Shown piece by piece: positions 1 through 10,300 of a DNA stretch of 64,000 bases. The translations under genes and the position numbers were made by a program. This stretch comes from Candidatus Bathyarchaeota archaeon. GTDB lineage: Archaea > Thermoproteota > Bathyarchaeia > Bathyarchaeales > Bathycorpusculaceae. The notes under the pieces were generated by a model, which searched no databases, was not told the DNA's origin, and saw nothing but the letters and a program-made list of their open reading frames with translations. The stretch's first letter is position 1; every line of letters starts with the position of its first letter. The stretch spans positions 348,165 through 412,164 of the forward strand of contig CAWAKC010000007.1 of assembly GCA_963782525.1 (NCBI GenBank). Reading direction: 5' to 3'.

Positions 1-541
1 AATCTGGAATTAGGTACTCTGCTTCTTTGCCCGTTTGTTTCGCGAGTGCTTTGCCTAGTAGCCGTCCGAATTCATGTTTTATGCTTTCGCCATAACCGAT
101 GTTGAGTGCAGCTTTAAACTCGTCTTCTCTCTCCTCAATTTTTGTTGGCAACTCAATTCCGACAAGGAAAGTGGTGAACTCGTAGTCTGCAATTAGTTCT
201 AGAGCCGTCTGGGTTAAAACGTCAACTAACTCGAACTTGCCTTCGCATAGACTACATTTGAGGTCTGCTTCAGTTTTCGGCAGGCGTTTTTTGAGGTGTT
301 TTAGGGTTTCCTGGGCTTCCCGTGAAAACCCGTTATATGCCAAAACCTTAAGTCGCTTTATTCCATCGGCGTTTTTTTCTTGTACAAGGTCGTTGGCTTG
401 CATAGTTAAACTGACTTTTAGTGCTTTGCCGCGCACGTTGTTTTCCATGCTGTAACCAAGCAACGCAAATTGTCTGCCCAAGCAGTGGTCACAAAGCGGG
501 TATTTACTCAGTAACTCGAAGGCTTTTTCTAAAACATCCAT
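1..541 (-). CDS. pus10: tRNA pseudouridine 54/55 synthase Pus10, N-terminal part (runs off window start)
   Basis: Not in the ORF track. Manual translation from ATG 541: MDVLEKAFELLSKYPLCDHCLGRQFALLG...CSLCEGKF...FTTFLVG...ESIKHEFGRLLGK, the Pus10 N-terminal zinc/THUMP region. Lies directly after srp54. Confidence 0.88.
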   Translation of the reverse strand, partial: MDVLEKAFELLSKYPLCDHCLGRQFALLGYSMENNVRGKALKVSLTMQANDLVQEKNADGIKRLKVLAYNGFSREAQETLKHLKKRLPKTEADLKCSLCEGKFELVDVLTQTALELIADYEFTTFLVGIELPTKIEEREDEFKAALNIGYGESIKHEFGRLLGKALAKQTGKEAEYLIPD

Positions 542-551
542 CGAACGTAGC

Positions 552-1904
552 CTACTTCATGCCCGGTGGCATACCCATTCCTTTACCGCCGAGTCCAAAC
601 GGCAGCTTCTTTTTGTTATGCTTAAACATCTTCAGCATCTTACGCATCATAACGTATTGCTTGAGAAGCTCCTTGACTTCTTTTTCTGTGCTTCCTGAAC
701 CCCGCGCGATGCGTCTTGCCCTCGATGAGTTGAGCAGTTTAGGGTTCTCTTTCTCGGCAGGTGTCATGGATTGGATGATTACACCCCATTTTTCTAAGCG
801 ACCTTCAGCAGAGTTCAGCATTTCGTCAGGAACATCGGCAGACGAGAGCCCAGGAATCATTTTCATTACTTTGCCAAAGGGACCCATTTTCTTGACGGCT
901 TGGAACTGCTCATACATATCAGTTAAGGTAAAGTTGCCACTCATGATTTCCTTAGCTTTCTTCTGGGGCACCTTGATTTCGGCATCATGAACTTTTTCGA
1001 GAAGGGTTTCTAAGTCGCCCATGCCTAAGAGGCGCCCAACGAATCGAGAGGGGATGAATGCTTCGAGGTCTTCTATTTTTTCGCCTGTGCCGATGAATTT
1101 TATGGGTGCGCCGGTTGCCGCGACCGCTGATAATGCACCACCTCCGCGTGAGGAGCCGTCGAGTTTAGTTACTATGATTGCGCCGATCGGGGTAGCTTCA
1201 TGGAAGGTTTTAGCTTGAGCAAGGGCTTGCTGCCCGATAGTGCCGTCGATAACCATGATAACTTCGTCGGGGTGAATGCTCTTTTCAAGGTCCTTCATTT
1301 CCTTGATTAAATCCTTCTCTTCCTTATGCCGACCGGCCGTGTCAACGATAATCAAATCTTTATCGGCAAATAGCTTTAGGCCTTCCCTGACGACTTTAAC
1401 GGGGTCTTTTTGTTTTAAGTCACCGAAAAAAGGTGCGTTTATGCGGGTTGCCAGTTGTTGAAGCTGGTTGTAGGCGCCTGGTCGAAAAGTATCCGCACAA
1501 ATCAAGCCTACTTTCATGCCTCTTTTCTGGAAGTATCTTGCCAGTTTGGCGGCGTGGGTGGTTTTTCCTGAACCTTGAATACCAACGAGCATGATGATTT
1601 TCTTTTTGCCGGGCTCCACTTTGAGGGGAACAGGTTTGTCGCCCACGAATCGGGTTAATTCTTCATAGACTACTTTTATGACGTGTTCACGTCTGGAAAC
1701 TCCCGGAGGCACTTTCTCTTTTAACGCCCGTTCTTCGATGCGTTTGGAGATTTCGAGGACAAGTTGGACGTTGACGTCTGCTTGAAGCAGGGCACGTTGG
1801 ATGTCGCGGACCAGTTCCTTCACTGCCGCTTCGTCCACGGCGCCAGCTTTAAACAGCTTCTTTATGGCGTCGGTCAAGGAGGAACCTAACTTGTCTAGTG
1901 CCAT
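552..1904 (-). CDS. srp54: signal recognition particle protein SRP54
   Basis: GIQGSGKTT, DTAGRH and TKLDG GTPase motifs; Met-rich M domain with SRARRIARGSG. Confidence 0.98.
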   Translation of the reverse strand: MALDKLGSSLTDAIKKLFKAGAVDEAAVKELVRDIQRALLQADVNVQLVLEISKRIEERALKEKVPPGVSRREHVIKVVYEELTRFVGDKPVPLKVEPGKKKIIMLVGIQGSGKTTHAAKLARYFQKRGMKVGLICADTFRPGAYNQLQQLATRINAPFFGDLKQKDPVKVVREGLKLFADKDLIIVDTAGRHKEEKDLIKEMKDLEKSIHPDEVIMVIDGTIGQQALAQAKTFHEATPIGAIIVTKLDGSSRGGGALSAVAATGAPIKFIGTGEKIEDLEAFIPSRFVGRLLGMGDLETLLEKVHDAEIKVPQKKAKEIMSGNFTLTDMYEQFQAVKKMGPFGKVMKMIPGLSSADVPDEMLNSAEGRLEKWGVIIQSMTPAEKENPKLLNSSRARRIARGSGSTEKEVKELLKQYVMMRKMLKMFKHNKKKLPFGLGGKGMGMPPGMK

Positions 1905-2131
1905 ATGAGTCTCCAGCCTAACATTCTATTGTCCTTTTAAATAAAGATTACAGCGTAAAACCGCCACAATACAGGTTAATTTCTGTTTGATTGTTCTTTG
2001 AAGCCTCAGTTTCCCCATTAAACATATTCTTCACAATTCAGACGGCTCTTCATGCATCATTGGCTTCAAAGCAAAAAGCTCCGTGCTAGAACATAAACTT
2101 TGACGGAAAAGATTAAGAAAATAAATTGTGA

Positions 2132-2524
2132 TTATTTTACTCGAACAATCTTTACTTTGCCAAGTATGGCCCAATACTCAATTTCTGCGCCAGCTACGAG
2201 CTTTTCTTTAAGTTCAGGCTCATCTGGGAACGGTGCATCGATGTACTCGTAGGTTTCAAGGTCCATAATTTGGACGCCGTTAGGGTTAATAGCGAAGACT
2301 TGGCCCGTTCTTTTATCGATGATAGGAACTTCTGCCCCGAGGTCAACAGGTTTTACGAACTGACGTTTTTGGCCATCGAAGACGCCGATTGCAACAATTC
2401 TTGCTTTTGCGGAACCATGTTTTCCAGGTTTAGATTTAGCAATGTCAACTATGCGGCAGGGTTCACCCTCAATCATCATGTAGCCGCCAACGCGTAATTC
2501 TCCAACATCAACTGGTTTACTCAT
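2132..2524 (-). CDS. eif5a: translation factor aIF5A
   Basis: Hypusine motif SKPGKHGSAK; ATG 2524 chosen over upstream GTG 2530. Confidence 0.97.
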   Translation of the reverse strand: MSKPVDVGELRVGGYMMIEGEPCRIVDIAKSKPGKHGSAKARIVAIGVFDGQKRQFVKPVDLGAEVPIIDKRTGQVFAINPNGVQIMDLETYEYIDAPFPDEPELKEKLVAGAEIEYWAILGKVKIVRVK

Positions 2525-2614
2525 ACGCACACCACAGATTAGTTCTATTTAATGCAATTCAGAACAACACCCATATATAGATTAAGGTTTACGCTAATTA
2601 CTGAGCGGTGGAAA

Positions 2615-3454
2615 ATGTTCAAAACCGTAGGTTTAGTTGCCCGCTATGACCAAAAAGCAGCTTTGAAGCTCACTGAAAAACTTGCGAACTACCTAAACAA
2701 GAAAGGCTTGAAGGTTTACATAGAAAATAGCCTTAGCGACAAAATAATCTCTCATCATGAGTTTGTTCCACTCTCAGAGATGAAAACTGACTTCATAATC
2801 ACCATAGGCGGCGATGGAACCATACTGCGAACTGCGATAGCGGTACCCAAACCTGAACCACCAATCTTAGCCGTCAACATGGGCGTGAGAGGGTTTTTAA
2901 CAGAAGTCGAGCCTGAGAACGCCTTTGAAGCTATAGACAGAATTCTAAGCGGCGACTACAAGGTTGAAAAATGTACCAAGCTTTGTGTAACAGCAGGTGA
3001 AGAGATAATACCTGACGCATTAAACGACGTAGTAGTTTCGGCTGGCGAACCGTCGAAGATTCTTTACGCAGAAATACGTAAGGAAGATAAACCAATTTTG
3101 AAGTGCCAGGCTGACGGGTTGATAATTGCGACTCCGACGGGCTCCACAGGCTACAACCTTTCAGCAGGCGGACCAGTCTTGGATAGCGAAGTAAACGCTT
3201 TCGTAATAACCCCAATCTGTTCGCTGACAGTGTTCCATTCACTCGTGCTTCCTGCAGACTGCGCCATAACACTCAACGCACTAAGGCCAAACAACATGTT
3301 TGTTTTGATCGATGGAAACTACCGAAAGCTCCTAACTGAAGATGAGCCTTCAGTGAAGATTACAAAATCAAAGAACGTAACCTCGTTCATACGTTTTGAA
3401 ACCGGCTTCTACGATAGGCTGCGGAACAGGCTACTTTTCAAGGGAACGGAATGA
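2615..3454 (+). CDS. nadK: NAD(+) kinase
   Basis: GGDGT, ALND and DGLIIATPTGSTGYNLSAGGP motifs; likely start MFKTVG at 2615. Confidence 0.95.
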   Translation: MFKTVGLVARYDQKAALKLTEKLANYLNKKGLKVYIENSLSDKIISHHEFVPLSEMKTDFIITIGGDGTILRTAIAVPKPEPPILAVNMGVRGFLTEVEPENAFEAIDRILSGDYKVEKCTKLCVTAGEEIIPDALNDVVVSAGEPSKILYAEIRKEDKPILKCQADGLIIATPTGSTGYNLSAGGPVLDSEVNAFVITPICSLTVFHSLVLPADCAITLNALRPNNMFVLIDGNYRKLLTEDEPSVKITKSKNVTSFIRFETGFYDRLRNRLLFKGTE

Positions 3455-4023
3455 GCGCCCAACCGGACAAACCTTGCAAGCGCGCGGTTGTTTTGGATAC
3501 TTCTGCGTTTGTCGCGGGGTTTGACTCTTTCTCCTCGAGCGATGAACAGTTCACGGTGCCTAAGGTTGAAGAGGAAATCCGTCGAAACTCGATGATAAAG
3601 ATGCGTTTAGAAATGGCCATCGAAGGCGGCAAACTTAAAGTTAAAGCTCCCGCACAGGAATTCGCAGCTAAAGCAGACTTATCCGCCGCCAAGGTGGGCG
3701 ACTCCTTCAAGCTGTCCGAAACTGACAAGCAGCTTTTGGCTTTAGCTCTGGAGCTCAAAGCGGCGGGATATGCGCCTCAAATTGTCACCGACGACTACTC
3801 CATCCAGAACGTAGCCAAGCAAATGGACGTCGAATTTCTATCCCTCGCAACCGTTGGTATCAAACGCCTTTTGGAGTGGGTACGCTACTGCCCAGCCTGC
3901 TACAAAGAGTACGCGGCTGACTTCAAATTTAAAGAATGCTTGGTCTGCGGTACTGAACTGAAGAGAAAACCCAAAAGGTCAAGTTCAGGCTCAAAAAAGC
4001 AGAAGAAGCAGAATAAGAAGTAA
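3451..4023 (+). CDS. nob1: Nob1-like PIN-domain rRNA maturation endonuclease with zinc ribbon
   Basis: VLDTSAF, LSETD and TDDYSIQNVA motifs; CPAC...CLVCG ribbon. Confidence 0.93.
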   Translation: MSAQPDKPCKRAVVLDTSAFVAGFDSFSSSDEQFTVPKVEEEIRRNSMIKMRLEMAIEGGKLKVKAPAQEFAAKADLSAAKVGDSFKLSETDKQLLALALELKAAGYAPQIVTDDYSIQNVAKQMDVEFLSLATVGIKRLLEWVRYCPACYKEYAADFKFKECLVCGTELKRKPKRSSSGSKKQKKQNKK

Positions 4024-5799
4024 TCCTTCCATTCCAAAAATGGGAAAGACCACTTGCTTAGCTTTTACGATTGCCTTATCCACCAGCGTAGTCACCGACT
4101 TTAAACGTTCCTCGCCGATAACCCTGACCTGCGGCACTGTTAAATGCAAATAACCTGCAGTGGATACCTCAAGGTTTGCCTCTGCCTTCTTCGCCGCCAC
4201 ACTGATGTAGTTGAGTAGCAGTTTGTGGTCCATGACTTCGCCGACGGAGCGGTAGCCACGTCGCCCCGTCACCGATGCAGTCACAGCATGAGTATCCGTT
4301 GTGAAAACCTCACTTGATTCAAAGCCCAATCCAGCTAAAGATTCAAGAATCGTTTCTCGAAGTCCAGGAATCATGTTGTTGCCGTCGATGACTATGTAGG
4401 CGGTTTTCTGTTTTTCCACCTCAACAAGGATGGCGGTGATTCCGCCTGGACCCATGCCGCCCTTAAGGGTAAACTCTGTTGGGAACACGGTGGCTGAACC
4501 GACGCTGAATGGTGCCTTCGGCGACGCAAAGGCTTTTTGGAGACACTTGGATGCCGCCGTCTTCAGTTCGTCAAGGTGTTCTGCGGTGTCAATGACAGAG
4601 GTTAAACAGTTGTGAGTGTTCACGACCACTGTATTCTGTAGTCCAAGCGTTTTTGCTTCGTCGCTAACTATGCGTCCTAACTCTTGCGGCAAGTCTTCCG
4701 TCGTGTTGGGAGCTAACGTGAAAGAGAGGAAAGCGGTGTCGCCGAAAACCTGGCAAGAGGCCGTAGCTGCACCTTCTTTGAGGCGGACAAGAGGAGACGC
4801 TAAAGAATTTTTTGCTTCAAACCTGGCGGATTCCACTGTTTGAGCGATTATTTTGTTGTTCTGAACTTGTGAAGCCAAGTCTAGTTCATGCCCCAAAATG
4901 CCTAAAGGAACACAGGCGTTGCAGCCGAATTCACGTTCATAGCCTTTCTTCATCAGGGAAGGCAAAAGGCTGCTTCCGATGTTCTTGAATGGTCCTGGAT
5001 GCACTTGTGGAACGATGATTGCAGCCTTGGGTTTGGAGGTATCAAACTTTAGCAGAGTCACTTCAACGTCGGCATCTACACCCATATCTTCGAGGTGTTT
5101 TTCGAGGGGTTCGTTTTGGTCGGTGACCCAGTTGAGCAGAAATGCCCTAAAGAGGGGCAGCGCCGGAAGAAAGTAGATTTTTTTGCCTAATCGGTCGATG
5201 GATGAAAGCAACAAGTAAACTGCAATGTAGCCAAGTATTGGAGCTAAAAACATGAAGGGCAAGACCTGCAGGACGATAGTTATTGAGATAGTTGCCCAAA
5301 AAACCAAAAAAGCTACGGCACTTAAAATGGGTTCAAGCAGAACAGACAAGAGTTGCCGCCATTTAGCTGCTGAAGAGGTCGCGTTAAACACCAAAAACCT
5401 AAGCGTCAAAACCGTAGCGAATCCTAAGATTGACAGTTTTACCCAAATTAACCAGCCGAACCAGAAGCTTAAGGCGACGCCTAAGATGATAAAGATGAGC
5501 CATATTCCCCAGCAAACAGCCGATACCACTAGGGTTCTTCGCATTGAGAATATTGGGTCTTTTTTCAGCAGAGATTTGCTAACGATCGTGCTGGTCACGA
5601 AGGATATCGCAAAAAGGGAAATGCCTAAATATAAATTGACGAACGAGGGAAAGATAAGGAAGACGCAGAGGTTGACTGCGATGGCGCAGATAGCGGCGAC
5701 TGCTAAGAGAGCAGTTCGGTATGATGGGAGAAAAAACATTGAGGAATAGTGTTTGGTTGCACTGTCCATTGAGTGACTAAGAGAACTGTCTGGCGCCAT
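3991..5799 (-). CDS. DUF2070-family membrane protein
   Basis: N-terminal multi-TM region; VHPGPF, NTHN, DGNN and TTDTH motifs. Confidence 0.85.
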   Translation of the reverse strand: MAPDSSLSHSMDSATKHYSSMFFLPSYRTALLAVAAICAIAVNLCVFLIFPSFVNLYLGISLFAISFVTSTIVSKSLLKKDPIFSMRRTLVVSAVCWGIWLIFIILGVALSFWFGWLIWVKLSILGFATVLTLRFLVFNATSSAAKWRQLLSVLLEPILSAVAFLVFWATISITIVLQVLPFMFLAPILGYIAVYLLLSSIDRLGKKIYFLPALPLFRAFLLNWVTDQNEPLEKHLEDMGVDADVEVTLLKFDTSKPKAAIIVPQVHPGPFKNIGSSLLPSLMKKGYEREFGCNACVPLGILGHELDLASQVQNNKIIAQTVESARFEAKNSLASPLVRLKEGAATASCQVFGDTAFLSFTLAPNTTEDLPQELGRIVSDEAKTLGLQNTVVVNTHNCLTSVIDTAEHLDELKTAASKCLQKAFASPKAPFSVGSATVFPTEFTLKGGMGPGGITAILVEVEKQKTAYIVIDGNNMIPGLRETILESLAGLGFESSEVFTTDTHAVTASVTGRRGYRSVGEVMDHKLLLNYISVAAKKAEANLEVSTAGYLHLTVPQVRVIGEERLKSVTTLVDKAIVKAKQVVFPIFGMEGLLLILLLLLF

Positions 5800-6044
5800 T
5801 TTTCTCTCTCCTAAGGAATCAGGTAGCCTTATTAATATTTAGCTAAGTTTTAAGGTCTTGCTTTAAGGCAATAAATACACTTTTTTTTATAACTCACAGC
5901 CAACATCGTCTTGTTTTGTCATGAAGTAATCAAAAGGATCGTTAGAGAAACGTTATTTAGCTGTGTAAACGCAAAAAAACAACATACCAAATAGAGGCAA
6001 TTGTTTTATCCTTAGTTCTACAATTATACCAATTTGCGAAGCTT

Positions 6045-6335
6045 ATGCCAGATCAAGACTTGCCCCCATCAATCTTCCACATGCTTGAGAGAAATGTGGG
6101 CAAAAAAATCAGAGTCATTTTAGACCCCGCTTACGGTTTCGAAGGAACCTTAACAGCGGTTACTCATGAACCGTCAGGAATCTGGCTATCCGACGCAGAA
6201 GCAATCGTTTTAAGATCAACTATCGCTCAGCCGATTCCGCAGGTTGCTAGCAGAGAAGAAAGAAGCGAACTATTTTTGCACCTTAACTCAGTTCAAAGAA
6301 TAGAAGTCTTGCACCCAACAGCGCCAAGACGATAA
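6045..6335 (+). CDS. divergent Sm/LSm-like protein
   Basis: Sm1-like MLERNVGKKIRVIL...FEGTL...IWLSDAE and Sm2-like LFLHLNSVQRIE. Confidence 0.65.
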   Translation: MPDQDLPPSIFHMLERNVGKKIRVILDPAYGFEGTLTAVTHEPSGIWLSDAEAIVLRSTIAQPIPQVASREERSELFLHLNSVQRIEVLHPTAPRR

Positions 6336-6340
6336 AAAGT

Positions 6341-6517
6341 TTAAGCTGGGAAGAAAACTTTAGCTAAAACTGAAATAACTATTAGTGTAACTGCAAAGAC
6401 CACGAGCAGTTCAGGTCGGATTTTTACGCCTTCAGTCTCTTCCTCAAAGAACCTAAGCAACCCTGCACTTGCAGCAGGCATTGGACCTGTATCTTTCTTT
6501 TTCCTTCTTCCACTCAT
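6341..6517 (-). CDS. secG: preprotein translocase subunit Sec61beta/SecG
   Basis: Not in the ORF track (58 aa). Manual translation MSGRRKKKDTGPMPAASAGLLRFFEEETEGVKIRPELLVVFAVTLIVISVLAKVFFPA, with the SAGLLRFF motif and a C-terminal TM helix. Confidence 0.93.
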   Translation of the reverse strand: MSGRRKKKDTGPMPAASAGLLRFFEEETEGVKIRPELLVVFAVTLIVISVLAKVFFPA

Positions 6518-6610
6518 CAAACATTCCTACCGAAGCTAATGTGATACATGCCTAATATTTGCTTGCACTAATTAATCTTACGCCAACCCAGGATGCTCGA
6601 AATCCAAAAA

Positions 6611-6676
6611 GGTGGCATGCAACCCCGTTCTTCTGCTTTACGTAAGAGAGGAGTCATCGGGGGTTGCGAAAGCACC
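6611..6676 (+). ncRNA. candidate structured RNA (long irregular hairpin), family unknown
   Basis: Nested pairings GGTG/CACC, GCAACCCC/GGGGTTGC and TTCTTCT/AGAGGAG (G-U pairs favour the + strand) in the secG-mazG spacer. Confidence 0.35.
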
Positions 6677-6777
6677 TGCTTTTCTGTATACAAAAGCATC
6701 AACCAAACACACAAAATTGCTAATTTGAGTTTAATCTTTATTACCGCCCAAAATTAAATCCTCTGAAGTGAGCTCTA

Positions 6778-7065
6778 ATGGAAATTCATGAGTTTCAGAA
6801 AATGATGAAGCATCTTTACTTCGAAAGAGATTCCGCACGCGGAGTACAAGGCACTTTCAATTGGCTAGTAGATGAAGTTGCTGAATTAGGCGAAGAGTTG
6901 AAGGGAACCGACAAAGAAGCCACCGAAAAAGAGTTCGCCGATGTCATCGCTTGGCTCGCATCCCTAGCTAACATTATGGGAATCAACCTTGAGAAGGCAG
7001 CACTTAACAAGTATAACCACAAGTGCCCAAAATGTCAAAGCTCACCGTGTCGATGCACTTTCTAA
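6778..7065 (+). CDS. MazG-like nucleotide pyrophosphohydrolase
   Basis: DEVAELGEE...KEFADVIAWLASLAN all-alpha motif; C-terminal CPKC..PCRC. Confidence 0.88.
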   Translation: MEIHEFQKMMKHLYFERDSARGVQGTFNWLVDEVAELGEELKGTDKEATEKEFADVIAWLASLANIMGINLEKAALNKYNHKCPKCQSSPCRCTF

Positions 7066-7310
7066 TCGAGACGTTTCTGTCCTAAACCAGTCGTCAACCA
7101 AACATACCGCACACTGCCCTTTCGCTCAACAGTTCCTTCATCCTTCAACAGCTTTAGGTGGTACATAACAACACCATAAGTCAAGGCGGATCCTTTTGCA
7201 AGGTTAGAAGCACTAAAACCTTGTTTCTCAAGCGAACACAAAATTTTTGTTCGAGCCACAAGACCGCAATGTACGTTTCTTATGTTTTTTAAGTAAGCGT
7301 TCGGATGCAT
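7062..7310 (-). CDS. small winged-HTH protein (ArsR-like)
   Basis: RTKIL...SASNLAKGSALTYGVVMYHLKLLKDEGTVERKG wHTH pattern; follows polC on the same strand. Confidence 0.75.
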   Translation of the reverse strand: MHPNAYLKNIRNVHCGLVARTKILCSLEKQGFSASNLAKGSALTYGVVMYHLKLLKDEGTVERKGSVRYVWLTTGLGQKRLD

Positions 7311-7373
7311 AGTTTCTTTGATGATCTCTCCCCACGAGATACATCTGCAGACTATATTGAAAAGGTTTAGCTA

Positions 7374-10300
7374 CTAAAAATCAAAAAGCTTAGCTTGCTT
7401 TGGCTTTTTGTTGTCAAACATGGTGGCTATCTCTTCCTTGATTAAATCCATGCGCTGCGTATAGTATTTTGGCAAGCCATACTTGTCGACCAATTCTTGT
7501 GCGGCAAAAAGGTACTTCTCTATGCCGCCGCGGTAGACGGTGAGGGTTAGTTTTCCGCCGCAATAGGAACATTTGCCTTTAAGGGGTAATCGCCGGAATT
7601 TTTTGTTGCAAGACTTGCACCTGAAACCTTGCGTTGAGAAGGCACGCATGTTACCTGCGATATCACGCATGAAGTGGGTATTCAAAACCTTCAATGCCAC
7701 TCGCCTAGCATCGACGGCATCGATTTTTTCGCCCAGCTCCAATTGCATGTGCAACTTATCTATCATGGATTTGAATTCTTTGTAGGAACTGTTGGCGTTG
7801 CCGAGATTAATGTTTGTGCAGGGGGTGGTGTATTGGAAGCCTTCAAACTGCGCTTCCGTGCCCAGTCGGTGGCTGATGACATCCATCATGGCGCTTGCGG
7901 GTCTAGCGTCAAACTTCTCCAAGGTTTTCCTGTAGAACTCGATTGGGTAAGTTGCGCTAACGTCGAAGTCGTGTGCTTGGCGCTGAACCTCTTTTGTGTT
8001 TACAAAGGGGATGAGTAGGATAGGAGCATCCATTATTCCGCCGATCTGCGCAGGAAGAAAGACCCGAGAGAAGTTAAGAAGCGTGTCCAAAGCAAGCATG
8101 ATAGCATCTTCGTCGCCGTCGCAGTCTCGACGTTTAGCCGAATGCCAAACGGGATGAGCATAAATCACGTTGCGGTCAGTGAAACCAACCACTCTGCCTA
8201 GGATGCAGGCACACGTGTGAGGCGCCAACCCAAAGAGCAGGTGCCCAACCATATCCTCAGCTTTCTTAACGTTATAGTAAGCGGGTTGCTTGTAGACGCG
8301 AACTAAAAGGTCGTCGATGAAAGCGGCGATTTGAACAAAGTACTCGCCTGCACGCCAGGGAATCACAACATCTTGGATTTTAAGTTCGCAGACTTGATTA
8401 GAATCCGTTAGGGGCAAGCCATGGGTGTCTGAGAGATAGTCCATTTGACGCATCTTTTCGACTGAGACGCCAACTTCAGCAGGAGTGATGTGTGTTAATG
8501 GAGCGTTTGTGGCGTCGAAGCGGATGGTGCCATCCTTGTAAACTGATAGCCCGTGTTTTGCCCGCAAGATACCTTTCTCAATGTTCTCAGGTGTTTTATC
8601 AAGGTTTGTTAAACCCTTAACACCGCGAAGCATCTTTGGCGCAGGATATCCGAGGTTTGAACTGGCAATGGCGATTAATTCTTTAAAGTTCACGGGTTGA
8701 CGCTGATACATAACCCCATCGGTCTTGCATGTTGAGCATCCTGTGTCCTTTACTGTTTTACCACACCTTGGACAAATCTTCTCTGAGATGGTTTCGCAGT
8801 TGCATGAAGGACATTTTATTTTTAAGGTGTAGCTTTTGCAGTTTGGGCACTTACGCTTAGCCAGCTCGACAAAGACCGGCCCTTGTCGTGAAGCTTCCAT
8901 AAGGTCACGGTGTGTTCCTCCCTTTAATCCGACAGGGAAGAGGAGATGGACGAGAGGTTTCATTTCGCGGTGCTTAGCTTTTTCTGGTCTACCCATGCGC
9001 CCGCCTACATATGTTGGGGCTTTATCTTTGATTTGCACACTTGACAACAAGCTCAGCATTTCCAACGGGGAATTTGCTTGAACAACCTGTGTTTTACCGT
9101 AGCCAAGAGAGAAACCAAAAGAAGCAGCGTCTTCGCCAACCAGCACTATTTTGCCGTCAAAGATTTTATGCTGTACAAAGATTTTTCGAAGAGACTCTAT
9201 TACGGCCTCACTGACGTCACCCACAATTTTGCTCGCAAAGCTTTCGTTCAATGTTACTTCACAATTTGTTAACCACCGCCTCAGCAACTCGATTTCAGTT
9301 AGATTTGATATGCTGCCCCAAAACAAGAGACAATTAGGGGCAAGAGGGATGTCAAAGCAAAAACTTAATGCAGCAGCTTCTTTAACGGTTGGCTTGCATG
9401 CAAATGGGTCCGCAACAAAAGCCTCAAGCTTCACTATAGAAAGATTTGTCGCTTGAGCAGCCTTCTGAAAATCAGAACCGAATTTTTCCATAATAGCCCT
9501 TTGAAGGTCTTTTGCCCACCATTCCTCAACGTATCCCGAGGGTGGAAGCGCTTTGTTACAATATAGAAAATCGCCGAAGTCTATGAGCATGTCACCTAAG
9601 AAGAGGATTTTTTGAACCTTACCCTTAATATCAGGATAGTTTTCGAGCGAAACCCGCACAACGGAATTGTCTTTGAGCAAAACTACAGGTTGCTCAATGC
9701 TGTCCACGGGCATAGTGACGCCGCCTTTACCGGGCAACTCCAGACGCATCTGTGTGCCTGCAGCGAGAAAATTTTCAACTACAGCCATTGTAGCAGGATG
9801 AATACCCACTGCTGAGAGCCCCGTATTACGGGACCTTCCGTATCTGAGGCGAAAACCACCGCGAGTGGAAGGAAACGCAAAGATAGGGCGACCGGCAATG
9901 ACATCGTCCATGAAACCGCCTGATTTCTTCTCAGATTTCTTCTTGAAATTCTTGAGCCATTCCCAACCCTGAAAACCTAGCTTATCAATTATCACATAAA
10001 CTTTCTGAGCGCGCCCAACGATGCCGTCGTTTACGACACGAAGGGCTCCGCCTCTGACCCGATTGGTTTCGACTCTCTCCAGGTTACGATATGACGAGAC
10101 CTCTACGGGATCGGATTCGGTTCCTGTGCATTCGACTGGGATGAGGTTAAGCGCTTTTTTTAGTTCCTCATCGGGAATGTGGTATTGGAAACGTCCCACT
10201 GAGCGTTCGTAGAGTCTTAGTTCTTCGACGAAGCGGGAGACTTCTTCCTCAGTTGGCTTGTACTTGTCAAGGTCCAGTTCCCGACGTACGTAATCGCCCA

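Noticed and set aside
237-1461. Plus-strand ORFs opposite pus10/srp54, and the many similar short antisense or nested ORFs across the track
   Set aside because: Shadow frames of well-supported genes with no recognisable motifs
6611-6676. Hammerhead ribozyme on the minus strand (CCGATGA...GAAC)
   Set aside because: Core deviates from CUGANGA/GAAA and the three-stem junction cannot be built
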